From Octopus sinensis (taxonomy: Eukaryota), in assembly GCF_006345805.1 (NCBI RefSeq), contig NC_042997.1, positions 100,006,001 to 100,070,000 of the forward strand: 64,000 nucleotides of DNA, in the 5' to 3' direction. Made by a program: the position numbers and the translations under genes. Numbering within the stretch: position 1 is the stretch's first letter; every line of letters starts with the position of its first letter. Positions 12,471-25,826 of this stretch are shown here, one piece after another. The notes under the pieces are model-generated. The model was not told the DNA's origin. It made no database searches and saw only the letters and a list, made by a program, of their open reading frames with translations.

Positions 12471-12619
12471 AATTAGTTTATCAAAGCCTGAAAAGAAGAG
12501 TAGAGGGTAATAAAATCATCACAGATAAAAGTAAGATAACAAGGAAACATTACAAAAGAAAAATTAAAACAAATAGAAGCTGTAGGTATAGACTTTTAGA
12601 TACATGTACATAAACGTAC

Positions 12620-12667
<48 letters not shown>

Positions 12668-14330
12668 ATAAAATTTACACCTGCAAGGCTGCAATGCTAC
12701 CTCAAGAATAAGCCCAACTATGCTTCTCCTGTCTTACTTTTCAAACAAGGTGGATTATTTCTTTTGCACCAGCTTTCATTTTTCTTCCAATTTTGCCTTA
12801 ATAACTGTGTCACCCCAGAACAGAGGAAAACAGCCAGTGTCATTCCCCTGTTTAAAAAGGGTGATTGTACATTACCTGTCAACTACCTTTCAGCCAGTTT
12901 TACTAGCTGTATCATCAAACTGATGGAGTCCTGTGTCAAAGAAATTCTCTGAAACTTCTGGAGCTCTCACAACCTAGTTCAGCCCTCACAGTTTGGATTT
13001 ATTCCCAACTCTAGCTGCTGCAGCTAACTCATCAAGTTTCTTGAGGACATCACCCAAATCACTGATGGTGGCTCATGGGTGGATTTTATCAATCTTGACT
13101 TTGCTAAAGCCACACAAATGACTCATGGCAAAACTGTGCAATGGGTGTGAAAGATGACCTTTATAACTAGTTGAGGTCCTTCATTCTCAGTTGAAAAGAG
13201 GTAGTCGTGGTTGTAGGACATCATTCTTCATCCTATGAGACAATATCTGGTGTACCACAGAGATCCATTCTTGGGCCTCTGTTGTTTGTTGCATACATTA
13301 TTATATTATTATTATTATATATATATATATATATTATTGTTTGTTGTATAGATGCCAACTTGAATGTTTCAGGGTTGAAATATGCAAATGACATCAAGTT
13401 GTACCTTGAGTTAAAAAGAACAGATCCTATGTGCTATAGATCTTTCCTGTAGTTAAACCTGGACACAATGCAGTAATGGATTGCTGACTGGCAACTCAAG
13501 CTGACTGCTTACAAATGCATCACCATGCATTTTGGGAGGAAAAACTCAGTTTTTACATACGCCCTCAACAACACCAATCTTAAGAAATCTGTTAGTGAAT
13601 GTAACCTGGGTATTATTGTCAACAGCAATCTGCATTGGACAAGCTACATCTCTAAGATTGTCAAGAAGGCTGAGGGCATCTTAGCATCACTCAGCAAAAC
13701 CTTTGTCAGTCACTCTCCAGCTAGCTGCTTAACCCTTTCATTAATGTATTTATTTTGAGATTCTCTGTGTTTCTTTCAATTAATTTTAAATATAACAACA
13801 AATTTAGTAAAATAACTTAGTTATCATTAATCTAGTGTTAGGAATATTAATTGTGACTAAGGTTTGGTGAAAGATTTTAATTCAAAGCTTATGAAAACAA
13901 AACATTTGTACTACAGATCCAGAGCCAGTTTTAGCCGGATTAGTAATGAAGGGGTTAAAATTGTATATGACTATGGTACAGCCATGCAAAGAGTTTGCAT
14001 CACCAATCTGGAACCCTATCTTACTCGGCATATTAATCTCCTGAAAACTGTTCAGAAACCTGCATCCAGACAAATACCTGCTGTCGGGCATCTCCCATAT
14101 TCTGAGTATCTTGCTTCCCTGGGCATGGACACATTAAAGCTCAGACATCTGGCAACTGACTTGGTAGACACCCACAAGATCATCCACCATCTTTCCAATT
14201 ACAACCTTGGACACCTTTTTGAATTCCATGTCTAACACTCATAGACAAGCTTACAAAGTAAAAAAACAACACAGTTCCTATGACTGTTGGAATTATTTTT
14301 CTCACACTCAGAATTCCTGAAATATGGGAT
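12668..14330 (+). mobile_element. CR1/L2-type LINE RT relic
   Basis: ASVIPLFKKGD..LPVNY, LDFAKA, SGVPQRSILGPLLF, YANDIKLY and TDLVDTHKIIH motifs. Many stops and frameshifts. Confidence 0.85.
13729..13958. mobile_element. piggyBac-type MITE inserted in the CR1 relic
   Basis: TTAA-CCCTTTCATTAAT ... AGTAATGAAGGGG-TTAA. Removing it with one TTAA restores the CR1 frame ASCLKLYMTMVQP. Confidence 0.88.
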
Positions 14331-16995
14331 AAATTGCCTCCATCAATTTAGCTATTATACAACTACACATCATATTCTTTGACAAACATCAGTGAAAAAT
14401 TCTAACAAATCCCAAATTGTTGATTGATTTCCAATCAGTCAAGCTTTGACTATGCTGACCACAGTTTATAAAAAGAGTAATGAACAACAAGCAGTCAAAC
14501 AGTCTGATGAACATAGTGATAGACTGAGTCAGTGAGCAGCAAGCTGATATTGGGATATAAGATGCTATTGATGAGTAAACACAATAGCTGATCGATAGTC
14601 ATGAATGGCAAAGTATGACTGCAAATGAAATTCTTTTTCTACCAAAAGGCCAAAAGCTCTCATGCAAATAATTTTGGCCGATTCTGTTTTGACAACCAGA
14701 CTATGTGCAAAATACAAATGCTACACTAGTTAACCGTTCCAGTATACCTACATTCATTACTACTCAGAAAAAATCCCAACATGATATTATAAAATTAACT
14801 CTGTTTTTCTGGTCTTTTTTCTTTTCTGCTCGACTGGATTTTTCTTTCTAAAGTAACAACATATGATGAACAAGTGACTTTGACACACATTCATTTCATC
14901 AATTCTCTTATCATCAAAGTGCCTTCTTTAGTAACAATTAGACAATGAGAAACTCAAATTTGATTATTTCTTTTTTTTTTCTTTTTTTAAAAAAAGGTAC
15001 CTAATCATGATGAACTTGTATAAAAACTTGCTTTGAGATTTCAAATCTTTAACTATCTGACCTACTTTTATGTTTCATAGAGAATTTTGCAAAACAGTGA
15101 TTATGTTTTATTCTGTCAGTGCAAAATTTGAGTTCTTTCATAAATGTACACACTCTTTGTAAAATAAATCAAAATTTTTTAAGGGAAATATGTATGAACT
15201 ATCGAAGTAAAGTGAAATATGAAGTATGTATCACAACAGTTTATTCTGGGACATGCTGACACTAGGAGAAATTTATACAATTAATAATATGGCAAGAAAA
15301 ACTGATAAAATATACAGATTGAATTACTTACTCATCAAACAATGAAAAAATTTCATTGTTGTTTAATCCAAAAGTTCGTGTGTGTGTACAGCAAAGGAAT
15401 ATGAACTCTCACTGGAGAGAAGTTTGTGTTTCCCTGAATGTGTGTGTGTGTGAGAGAGAGAGAGAGAAAGAGAAGAAGAGGAATTAAGTATAGTTGTCAA
15501 AAATCCATCTTTTCTCTGTGGCTTGTTTAAGAGTTAAAACTGGAAGACAAAAATAGAGATGTCTCAGCAAGTTGTACAGGTCTCTCTAACAATTTTAGTG
15601 AATTGTCTGTGGGATGAGTTGAATTGTCTAATCTGTGCAGTCTCTCTGTTTCTCATGTAAAACAAATCTCACAATTTCTCATGCAAAGCAGTTCATGAAA
15701 ATTTCACTGACTGGTTTTTCTGGAGGCCATCTAGTTTTTCACTGACTATCTTTTTTTATTTTTTTCCTTCATTTTTGAATTGAAGAAACAATTCTGATTG
15801 TCATGAGAGTGGAGCAGAAGGTCTTGACTTCAAATCCTAGTTGGATTATTGCTACAGGTGTTTCAAAATGTGCTAGCAAAACCAATTAGTATCAATACCT
15901 CATAACTTTTCCAGCAAATTGGTATAAAATCATAGCAAATTAAATTTTCTCAAAAACAGGACATAATTTCAGATCAATTGGGATAAAAACCTGGTCAGAC
16001 TTACTTAAAAATGAGGCATATGGAAACCATACACACACACACACACACACATGCAGCATGGAATTTGTCAGTGAACAGGTTGTGGTCTCAAAGTGACAAA
16101 AATATTTTGGCAAATTAAATTTAAATGTTGAAGTGAATCTAGTGGTTTTTGTGTGTTTCTTAAGTGGCTTATAAACATCTCCCATGCCACAATTGTTTTC
16201 ATTCCAGCACACGATCTCAGATCAGGTCACTTGCTATGCAAGTACATATCCTTAAGATATACATACACACACACACACACACACACATACACACACACAC
16301 ACACACACATATATATACGCATACACGCATGCAAAGATGGGTTGAAAAAATATGTCATTGACATTAAACTAGTAATGTTGGAAATAAGACATTTTGGCAC
16401 TCCATTCCATGGCTCCATGCAAGTGAAAGTATTTATTTTGCCAAAGTAAGTGACCTTTAGGCTGAAAAGAGAAAGTGCATTCCTAAAGTATGAAGAAACA
16501 AAAGTAAAATATGAATTGCCACCTAGCTAGAACAAAGCAGGTTGTTGGACATTGTCATTACTAAATTTAGACCTACCAAATATGTTAATTAAATTCCTAA
16601 TTAACATAAGCAATGCATGGGGATTAATTTCTCAGGTGTATCAAATATTAACTGAAGAGTTAAAACCATTACCTGTAATTACATAAGTCACAAATACTTG
16701 TCTGTGAAGTTATGGCCATCTTCATCACATTTAATGTTGATGATATGAAACTGAATGGAAACCTGCATCTTGCTGATAGAAATCAGTGGAAGTGTACCAA
16801 GGAACTTTATTGTAAGAAATTGTCATTGCAAATAAATTTTTCTAAGGAATGCTCTCTCTTGTGCAATTTATTAAACTCATATATTACTGAGAATATGATA
16901 TGGCAAGCATTAAATAATTGCTCATGAAAATACACACACACTTCATCAATCATCAAAGATTTCCTTTCATTTTATAGCCAAGGAAAAACACTTAC

Positions 16996-17158
16996 ACATT
17001 TTGCCACATAGAAATCACAATTCAATCATGCACACAACCAAGATTTCATCCAATGACTGGTTGTTGTTCACATGATAGTTGGGTGGCCTGGCAAGAACTT
17101 TCCGTAAGCAAAGCCTACAAATACGGCTTGTAGCTATTTTTACAGCTGCATATTCAAC
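16996..17158 (-). other. Candidate exon, unassigned
   Basis: Acceptor CTTCTTTGATCATTCCAG and donor GTAAGT. Phase 0 reads VEYAAVKIATSRICRLCLRKVLARPPNYHVNNNQSLDEILVVCMIEL*. No recognisable domain. Confidence 0.25.
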
Positions 17159-18332
17159 CTGGAATGATCAAAGAAGATGACACACCACGACATCATGAAT
17201 ATGTATTTGATGTATAAAAATTAACCCAATGTTGAATTTCTTACGAAGACTCTCATATATCATATATATATATTACATATCATTTATGTTGTATCATCTG
17301 AATATTTCTTTTACTTGTATTGCATGAACACCTTCCTTATTAATGCAACAAATAAATTTTGTTCCAAAACATAAAAAAACCTCCCTTATTGCAACCTGCT
17401 TCTGACAAAGTAAATAGTTGCACTTTCGTGGGGCTCCATCATTTCTATTGAATAGTAAAATAAATAAATAGATAAATAAGTAGTAAAATAAAAATAAAAC
17501 AATAATTTGTTTGAAGGTTTTCAGAAGAGTAAAAAACTTTATATCAAAACAATATCAACCAAGTATAATTTTTGTAAAATAAAAGCAGTTGGAAAAAGCA
17601 ACAGACAGGTTTCAAATCTTAATAGATATCTTCTGTATTCTATTAAATTAAAAACACTTAGGAATAATCTAGACTTAGTATACATAGAAATAAAGCAAAT
17701 GCAGTAGTTTTGGTTATGAATATTAAAAATAGAGCTGTATGAAATCTTACCATAATAGAATAAAATATTTTGATGTGAAATCTAATGGGTTTGCTTAATA
17801 TTTTAATATTTGCCTTGCTAATTTGTATTTCTTTTTTTAATTATTACATTTGCTTCTGCTAATAATGATAAGAATTTGAAAAGTTATTATTCTGTACAGG
17901 TCATCTTTGGAAAACAGAAACTGAAAAGTAGTTTGTCATGTATTTTGCTATTCATACATATATATATATAGTGTGTGTGTCTCCCTGTCTTGACATTGCA
18001 TACTTATTGTAAGCAAACTTCACTATTATACAAGAAATGATGCTTGTTCACAATCTTCCATGAAAACCTGTTTGGAGTAGGGAAGACATTACCTTACTTG
18101 GAAATGAATAAGAGTTGGTGAGAGGAAGAGCATCCTGCTGTGGAAAATTCTGTCTCAACAAATCTCAACAAATCTCAGCTAACTCCTACATACATGAAAA
18201 ACCGCGCAATTAAATGATAATGAAAAAGATTGATGATTATTCCATACGAAATATTAGCTAGTCTATAATCACTACAAGTTTTTTTTCCATCACTACTATC
18301 TTACTCAAAATTTCATTCTTGCTTTCTTCCAG

Positions 18333-18483
18333 ATCAATTAACCGATGCTGAATCTTTTGTCAAAGGACCTGCTTTTGCAACGTTCTTCGTTGCTATATTC
18401 TTCAATTCGAACCATTGTCCAGAAGTCAGTTTATAGCCGTGGAAAGAAGAATCTTTTTTCCTTTGGACTAGAGACAACTTCAG
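18333..18483 (+). CDS. Candidate exon with start codon at 18345; basic Leu/Ser/Arg-rich N-terminus resembling a mitochondrial presequence
   Basis: Strong acceptor TTTCATTCTTGCTTTCTTCCAG and donor CAG|GTAAGA in non-repetitive sequence. In-frame stop upstream of the ATG. Reads MLNLLSKDLLLQRSSLLYSSIRTIVQKSVYSRGKKNLFSFGLETTS. Confidence 0.4.
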
Positions 18484-18756
18484 GTAAGAGATCTACTCTT
18501 TTACTATCTGAGATGTACAAGTATCAGGTTAATGCAAAATAAATTATTCTAGCATTTAGCTAACAACATTGAAGCAATATATATTACCTAAAAATCAAAT
18601 ATATTGAAACAATAACCTTTAGAATCTTCACATTTTTACCAACCAGAAACAAATCTGTTTCTGGTAGCACAGAATTCTGATGTTATAGAACTGATTGATT
18701 TCTTTGTAAAAGTATTTTGAACTGTTGCCTAGTTGTTAAAACATTTCAATATCTTG

Positions 18757-18975
18757 GCAGGAAGCTAGCAGAATCGTTAGCATGCCAGGCAGAATGCTCA
18801 GGGGCTTTCATCCATCTTTACATTCTGAGTTCAAATTCTGCCAAGGTTGACTTAGCCTTTCATTCCTTTAGGGTCAATAAAATAAGTACCAGTTAAGTAC
18901 TGAGGTCAGTACAATCAACTTAACCCACCCCCAAAATTGCTGGCCTTGTGCCAAAATTTGAAATCAATATTTCAC
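18757..18975 (+). mobile_element. tRNA-derived SINE
   Basis: GCAGAATCGTTAGCA A-box region, GAGTTCAAATTC B-box and AATAAGTACCAG core. Confidence 0.8.
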
Positions 18976-18984
18976 AAGAAATAT

Positions 18985-19870
18985 TGATTTTAGTTGTTAG
19001 TAACTTTTGTAAGTTTTTGAGATGCTTGAAAAAGTAGGTTGTCAATTGGAGAAGAGAGAGTTTGGAAAGTAAAGTGACTGACATAGTTTCATAGCCCAGT
19101 TTATTCAATTTCTACAGACATTTTCAAAAACATGTTTGAGTGTTGTCATGGAGAACAATTGGTTCTTTTCAATTGATAAATGCTAGATGTAAACATTAAA
19201 GTTCTTGGTGCTTTTTCTAAGTTCCTGGCAGTACATTTCAGCTATGATGGTTTTGTCAGAATTCAAGATTAGTAGTCAACATTTCTACCTGCCAACCACC
19301 AACTATTGGTCATAACCTTTTAGTTTGGAAAAATGTTTTGGTGCTTCCCTTCAGTTCAGCTATTGTCGGTTGCTACATTCCTTTTTTGGCACTTGTCACA
19401 ACATGATCGAGAAATAACTTTTGCTACACGAAGGAAATGCAGAGCAAACTTCTTAACAACTATTTCCTTTTTTTTTTTTTATAAATCTATATTCAACTCA
19501 TGCGGCAACCATCTGTCAAGGTTGTTTTGACTTTACAATGTGGTGCAAATGTCAAACAACAGTTAAAGGGTCAGTGCTTTCTTTTTTTTTTTTTTTCCAT
19601 CTTTTGAGTTGTTTTGTATGGATCCACTTTTTTTGGTAATGGTCCTTAGCTGGTTGTTGTCAACCATAGAAGGTCATTCACAACATTCCATATCTTCAAA
19701 CCTCTCGTCTCCACCACATAAACCTTTTGAATCAATGTTGAGCTGTGTTTGTTGATGGCCACCTGACCAACTGCATGCTTGATATTGCAAGCAATCTCCA
19801 CTGTTTTGTGTTCCATTTTTGAGATCTTACAATAAAATTGCTGGAAATTGCTTCTTTTTTATTTAAAAAA
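18985..19870 (-). mobile_element. Degenerate mariner transposase fragment
   Basis: Minus strand gives decayed W(L)PHEL, LLHDN and YSPDL/F.HL.N-like motifs. Confidence 0.7.
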
Positions 19871-20253
19871 AATTTATGTTTTCTCCATGTTCAATTTGAC
19901 AAGCAAGAGTAAACAGTGAAAGCAAACCTATTAGCATGAATCAAAGGGACCAAAATCTGCTTAAATTTCCAAATAGCATATTACACAAATCATCATCATC
20001 ATTTACCGTCCACTTTCCATGCTGACATGGTTTAGACCAAACATAGTTCGATAAAAGTTTATTCCAAATCAAGCATCAGATTTTAAAATAACAAAAACCA
20101 CAATTATTTTTGCACCAAGCTAACAACATGTTAAACAAGTGACCTTGCCATTTGTGAGTTTTACTAAGAGATGGAACGGTTTTATGTGTTATGATCAAAG
20201 AGCATAGGATTGAAGACATAAAGCAATATATATACATATATATATATAAATTT

Positions 20254-20625
20254 ATATAAATAAGGATAAGATCATTAATTTAAAGATAAAATAATGCTTT
20301 TATCAAGTGGTCAGCATGGAAAAAATAGCCTTCAAAGGTAATAATTATTAAAATTATAAATTAGGGTATCTACGAGATACCACCATGCTGAAAATAGCAG
20401 CCATGATCTGACTCTAAAACCACCTTAATTGTCAATATATCAACACGGAGAGAAAACAAAGAGACAAGATGAAACTAGTAGAAGATCCTGGATAATTCTA
20501 GATCCCGGATTTCTGATTTTGCATTTAGGAATGCTTTGCCTCATCAGTAGAATACACACAGAAGAGAAACACTTGATAAAATCGTTATTTTATTTTTAAA
20601 TTAACAATCTTATCCTTATTTATAT
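20254..20625. mobile_element. Short element with 56-bp terminal inverted repeats (MITE-like)
   Basis: Arms 20254-20309 and 20570-20625 are complementary at roughly 90% by eye. AT-rich ends. Confidence 0.7.
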
Positions 20626-20894
20626 CAATTTAAATGTATTTCGTCACTGTATTTACTGCAGCAATATTTTCTCATATATATATATATCATATTATTATAA
20701 TTATTAGGGAATATTAATTCTGAGTCCACAATATTTTATTCATATATATGAAAGTAGTTTTAGAGGCAGAACCACCCTCAACTCAATCAACATTGAAAGA
20801 TATTATACCCAGCCGAGCCATAAAATATTAAATATAATACTATATCTATTCAGAATCTCATACTTTCCATTTAAAGACAACACGTGTTTCATGA

Positions 20895-21205
20895 TATGTG
20901 TGCATGTGTGTGTACGTGTGTGTGTGTGCATGTGCACGTGTTTGTGTACATGTGTGTGTGCATGTGCGTGTGTACATGTGTGTGTGGGCATGTGTGTGTG
21001 CATGTGCATGTGTACATGTGTGTGTGGGCATGTGTGTGTGCATGTGTACATGTATGTTCAATGCGTGTGTACATGTGTGTATGGATATACACCTATATCC
21101 ATACACACACGTGTATGGATATATGTGCATGCAGATGTGCCTGCATACACATGTGTATGCAGGCACATATGCATTGTGTGCATGTACATATATGTGCATA
21201 TATTT
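20895..21205. repeat. Compound TG/CA microsatellite (TGTGTGCATG/TACATG units)
   Basis: Direct inspection. Explains the overlapping C/V/M/H ORFs. Confidence 0.95.
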
Positions 21206-21768
21206 GAGAAAGAGAGAGAGAGAGGGAGAGAGATAGGGGCAAGTTGTCACACAAGTTTTTAAGTAAAGAAACACAGTTCATATTTTTTTTTTAAATTTCA
21301 ATCTTGAACAGTAAAGATTCATTAAAAGACTGGTTGCATGGAAAACTATGAAACAGATTTCAATCAATATTCCAGTTGATAGATCAAGCAGTAAACAGTT
21401 TGGTTGTATGTAATTAACTGTCTTTTCATTATTGTCCTCTTTCAGGACAACTTAATCATTTTGCTAGACTGGAGACATCTTGTTGTCTCTGTCTCCTGGA
21501 TGAAGCTCACCAAATGAATTAACTCTTAGTAGTATTTAAGCATTGTGTATCCCATCTGGTATCAGCTGGCTATCTGAATGCTTTATTGTGTTCTTGACTG
21601 CAGCTGGATTTGATAGTTGCTGTTATTAAGCAAACTCTCATTTCCAAACTAAACTTATTCATAGACACACAACAATATATTCAGCTGATCAGATAAAAGG
21701 ACTGCTTGATGGTTTTTTGTCTTTTTTTCCCTGCTGACATACACTGCATACAATAACGTTATATATAT

Positions 21769-21800
<32 letters not shown>

Positions 21801-22419
21801 GTATGTATAAATAAATGTGTGCGTGTGTCTGTGTTTGTCTATTTACATTGCAGCACTTTTCATTCTTCACTGCCTCTCCCTCTCCCTCTTCCTCTCATCC
21901 TCCCACACATGACAAACATTGGTCCAGACAGAGAGGCCTAACTACTAAAACTGGGGGAAAAAAATCTCTATTTGTGCAGATCTTCATTTCTCCTGTATTA
22001 AGTGGTTGTCTAGCTAGATCGGTTGACAGTGATTACACAGGTCAGTTCATTCTCATCCTATTGCTCTTCTATTCTCTCTCCCACACTCTCTCTCTACCTA
22101 TCTATCTATCTATCTATCTGTCTATTTCTTTCCCCTTTCTCTCTATCTCTCTCACTCCTACATATCCATTCATTCACCCATATTTCACTAAATTTTTCCC
22201 CTTAACGATATTTTCTATTGCTGCATACGTTAATATTTTAATTATATTCAAATCCTTTATGGAAATCTAAAATTTCTTCTAGACTTAAATTATTGAATGA
22301 TATTTTCCTACCTATGTTTGTCATTGTTTTACATTTCTGGCCCTTTATTTTCTTAGCATTTTTGCAAAGAGTATTTCTTCTGTTTCATCTCATATTTCCA
22401 CATATGCTCCCTAATTCCA

Positions 22420-22451
<32 letters not shown>

Positions 22452-22461
22452 TGTGTGTGTG

Positions 22462-22821
22462 TTCTTGTTTCAGTCATGCTGGAGCACCACCTCATACAGG
22501 ACTTATTCTTTATAAGCCTAGTACTTATTCTATCAGTCTCATTTGCAGAACCGCTAAGTTACAGGGAAGTAAACACAACAAAATCGGTTGTCAAGTGATG
22601 GTGGGGCAACAAACACCGACACAAAGACACACACATAAATAAATATATATATATACATATACGATGGGCTTCTTTCAGTTTCCATCTACCAAATCCACTC
22701 ACAAGGGTTTGGTCAGCCTGAGACTATAGTAGAAGACACTTGCCCAAGGTGCCATGCAGTGGGACTGAACCCGGAACCATGTGGTTGGGAAGCAAGCTTC
22801 TTATCATACAGCCATGCTTGC
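22462..22821 (-). mobile_element. tRNA-derived SINE with internal microsatellite and GGTGCTCCAGCATGG tail
   Basis: Reverse complement of the family at 42955-43295. Partial copies at ~26710-26830, 28770-29000, 32215-32380 and 44955-45120. Confidence 0.8.
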
Positions 22822-22822
22822 A

Positions 22823-22855
<33 letters not shown>

Positions 22856-23223
22856 CATACACACATAAATTTATACATACACATATTTATACATACACAC
22901 ACATATTGATACATACACACATATTTATACATACGCATACATATGATACATACACATATATACATACGCACACACACACACACACACACAGTATGGCCCT
23001 GCTGTTAAGAAATTTGACTTGTAAGCAAGTTTTTTCAGGTTTGGTTCCTCTATGTATGGGTGATCTGTGTATGTGTGTGTATGTTTATGTACCTGTGTGT
23101 GTGTGTGTATATGTATATATATATATGTGTGTGTGTGTGTATGTATATATATATATGTGTGTGTGTGTGTGTATGTATGTATATATATATATGTGTGTAT
23201 GTATATATATGCATGTGTGTATG

Positions 23224-23261
<38 letters not shown>

Positions 23262-23504
23262 GTGTGTGTGTGTGTGTATGTGTGTGTGTGTGTATGTGTG
23301 TGTGTGTGTATATATATGTGTGTGTGTGTGTGTGTGTATATATATGTGTGTGTGTGTGTATATATATATATGTGTGTGTGTGTGTGTATATATATATGTG
23401 TGTGTGTGTGTGTGTATATATATATGTGTCTGTGTGTATATATATATATGTGTGTGTGTGTGTGTATATATGTGTGTGTGTATATATATGTGTGTGTTTT
23501 TATG

Positions 23505-23537
<33 letters not shown>

Positions 23538-24110
23538 CTGTATATGTGTGTGTTTATGCATTTGTGTGTGTACGTATATGTGTGTGTATGTGTATATATA
23601 TATATGTGCATGTGTATGTGTATATATATATGTGTGTGCATGTGCGTATATTTGTCTGTAGAGATATATGCGTGTGTATATATATATTTGTGTATGTATG
23701 TATATGTGTGTGTATGTATATGTGTGTGTATGTATGTATATATATATATATATGTGTGTGTGTGTATATAAATACGTGTGTTTATGCATATATGTAAGTC
23801 TGTATGTATATATGTATTTGTGTGTATCTATATATGTATGTGTGTGTATGTATGTATGTATGTGTGTATGTATATATGTGCATATATGTATGTATGTGTG
23901 TGTATGTATATATGTGTGTGCATGTATATGTGTGTGTATGTATGTATGTATATGTGTGTGTATGTATGCATGTATATATGTATGTATGTATTTATATACT
24001 AGCATTAAAGACCTGTCATTGCCAGGTCATAGTGCTAGTGCATGTATATATGTGTATATATATGTGTACATATTACATGTACATCTATATATATATACAT
24101 CTACACATAA
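22822..24110. repeat. Giant compound (TA)n/(TG)n microsatellite
   Basis: About 1.3 kb of mostly alternating purine-pyrimidine sequence. Source of the 160-306 aa false ORFs. Confidence 0.97.
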
Positions 24111-24166
24111 AATACAAAGTTATCTTGATATCTCTAGTGATAACAATACTCAAAATATATAACAGA

Positions 24167-25007
24167 CTGGAATTGTTAGCCCGTCTCTTGTAATTTCAAT
24201 CAATTGTATCTTGTCCTCCCTCTTGTATAGAAGTGTGGCTACAATCCAGCCTACCTCTACTTCTGGGATGGGGCATTTTTAATATTTTTCCGGGATGTCC
24301 TACGTCCCAGATATAAAGGTAAAAATAAAATATTTCCACTTTGCAAGTTCGAGTCGAGTACGCCCTTGCACGTTCCGTTGACTCAAACCTTGCTTCTATT
24401 GTGGCGAATTTACCGCCTCTGATTAGATATCTTTCATAGTCACACCAAGACACTTTTCCATGCATTCAAATCTTCTTTTTTCTCTACATTGTATACTTTA
24501 TAGACAATAGTCTTTTCTTTAATTTAATTTTTTATTATCCATCTGGACTATTCCATTTCTGCACGCTAATTTATTTTTTAATTTATTCCCATTCATGTGA
24601 TACCACTTATTCAGTTCAAGTCATTGATGCAATTTTATACAATTGCTATTTTTACTTTTTTTTTGTTACGATTATATTATACTTTAGTTTGATTTTAATT
24701 ATTACTTACTACATATAATTCAATTGTTATTATTATTTTTATTGTTAAAGTGAAAGTATCTGACATAAAATAGAGAAATGTTTTTGTTTCACTTTTAACA
24801 CATAATACTGAAATAGTGGAGAAGATAAGATATTGCTATGGGCTCGCTCTAGGCAAGAAGTTGAACATTGCCGATGACACTCCCCGGACCCTAAGTAAGG
24901 CATGTGTAAAATTTGAATGAAATTGATTGTGTAGTTCTCAAGTTTTAGGGAAACACACAGACAGACAGACAGACAGACACACATTCTCAGTTTTATATAT
25001 ATAAAGA
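24167..25007 (-). mobile_element. Helitron-like non-autonomous element between two microsatellites
   Basis: 5' A|TCTTTATATATATAAAACTGAGAATGTGTGTCTGTCTG. The 3' end is degenerate (…GACGGGCTAACAATTCCAG|T; an alternative CTAG lies at ~24135). Confidence 0.55.
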
Positions 25008-25009
25008 TA

Positions 25010-25600
25010 TACATACACGTTGTGTGTGTATGTATGCATATATGTATGTGTGTATTTATATATATATATATATACGTGTGTGTATGTATGTATATATGTA
25101 TGTGTATATTTATATATACATACATGTATGTGTATATATATATGTTTATGTGTATATGTATATATATGTTTGTGTGTGTATGTATATATGTTTGTGTGTG
25201 TATATATGTGTGTGTATGTTTTTGTGTGTGTGTGTATATATGTGTGTGTATGTTTATGTGTGTGTATGTATATATATGTATGTGTGTGTATGTATATATA
25301 TGTATGTGTGTGTATGTATATATGTATGTGTGTGTATGTATATATGTATGTGTGTGTATGTATATATGTATGTGTGTGTATGTATATATATATGTGTGTG
25401 TATGTATATATATATGTGTGTGTATGTATATATATATATGTGTGTGTATGTATATATATATATGTGTGTGGGTGTATGTATATATATGTGGATGTATGTA
25501 TATATATATATGTGTGTGTATGTATTTATATATATGTGTGTATGTATATATGTGTGTCTATGTATATATGTGTGCATGTGTCTATGTACATATGTAAGCA
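25010..25600. repeat. Compound (TA)n/(TG)n microsatellite with ~20-bp higher-order units
   Basis: Repeated GTATGTATATATATGTATGTGTGT-like units. Confidence 0.95.
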
Positions 25601-25826
25601 CAGGTGCTTTTACATGGCATTAGCACAGGGCTCTTGCAGGCCAATCCTTTTCAGCAGTGGGAGCAGCATTAACAGTTCTGCTGTGGAGGACAGATCTTCT
25701 TGAGCACAGCAAGGTATCAGATATCTGAGTCCTTTGTTGTTTCCTCCACAAGGTTCACTCTCCTGAGACTATCCTGCAGTACATATACATACATATACAC
25801 ACATACACACACACACACACACACAC

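Noticed and set aside
20803-21281. Overlapping His/Thr- and Cys/Val-rich ORFs
   Set aside because: Microsatellite artefacts.
21446-21520. Candidate exon after a strong acceptor (GQLNHFARLETSCC…*)
   Set aside because: No credible donor before the stop, and indistinguishable from a chance acceptor.
22759-25703. Long ORFs of 115-306 aa in several frames
   Set aside because: They are translations of TA/TG microsatellites (C/V/Y/I/M or H/T/Y/I runs), stop-free only because of repeat composition.
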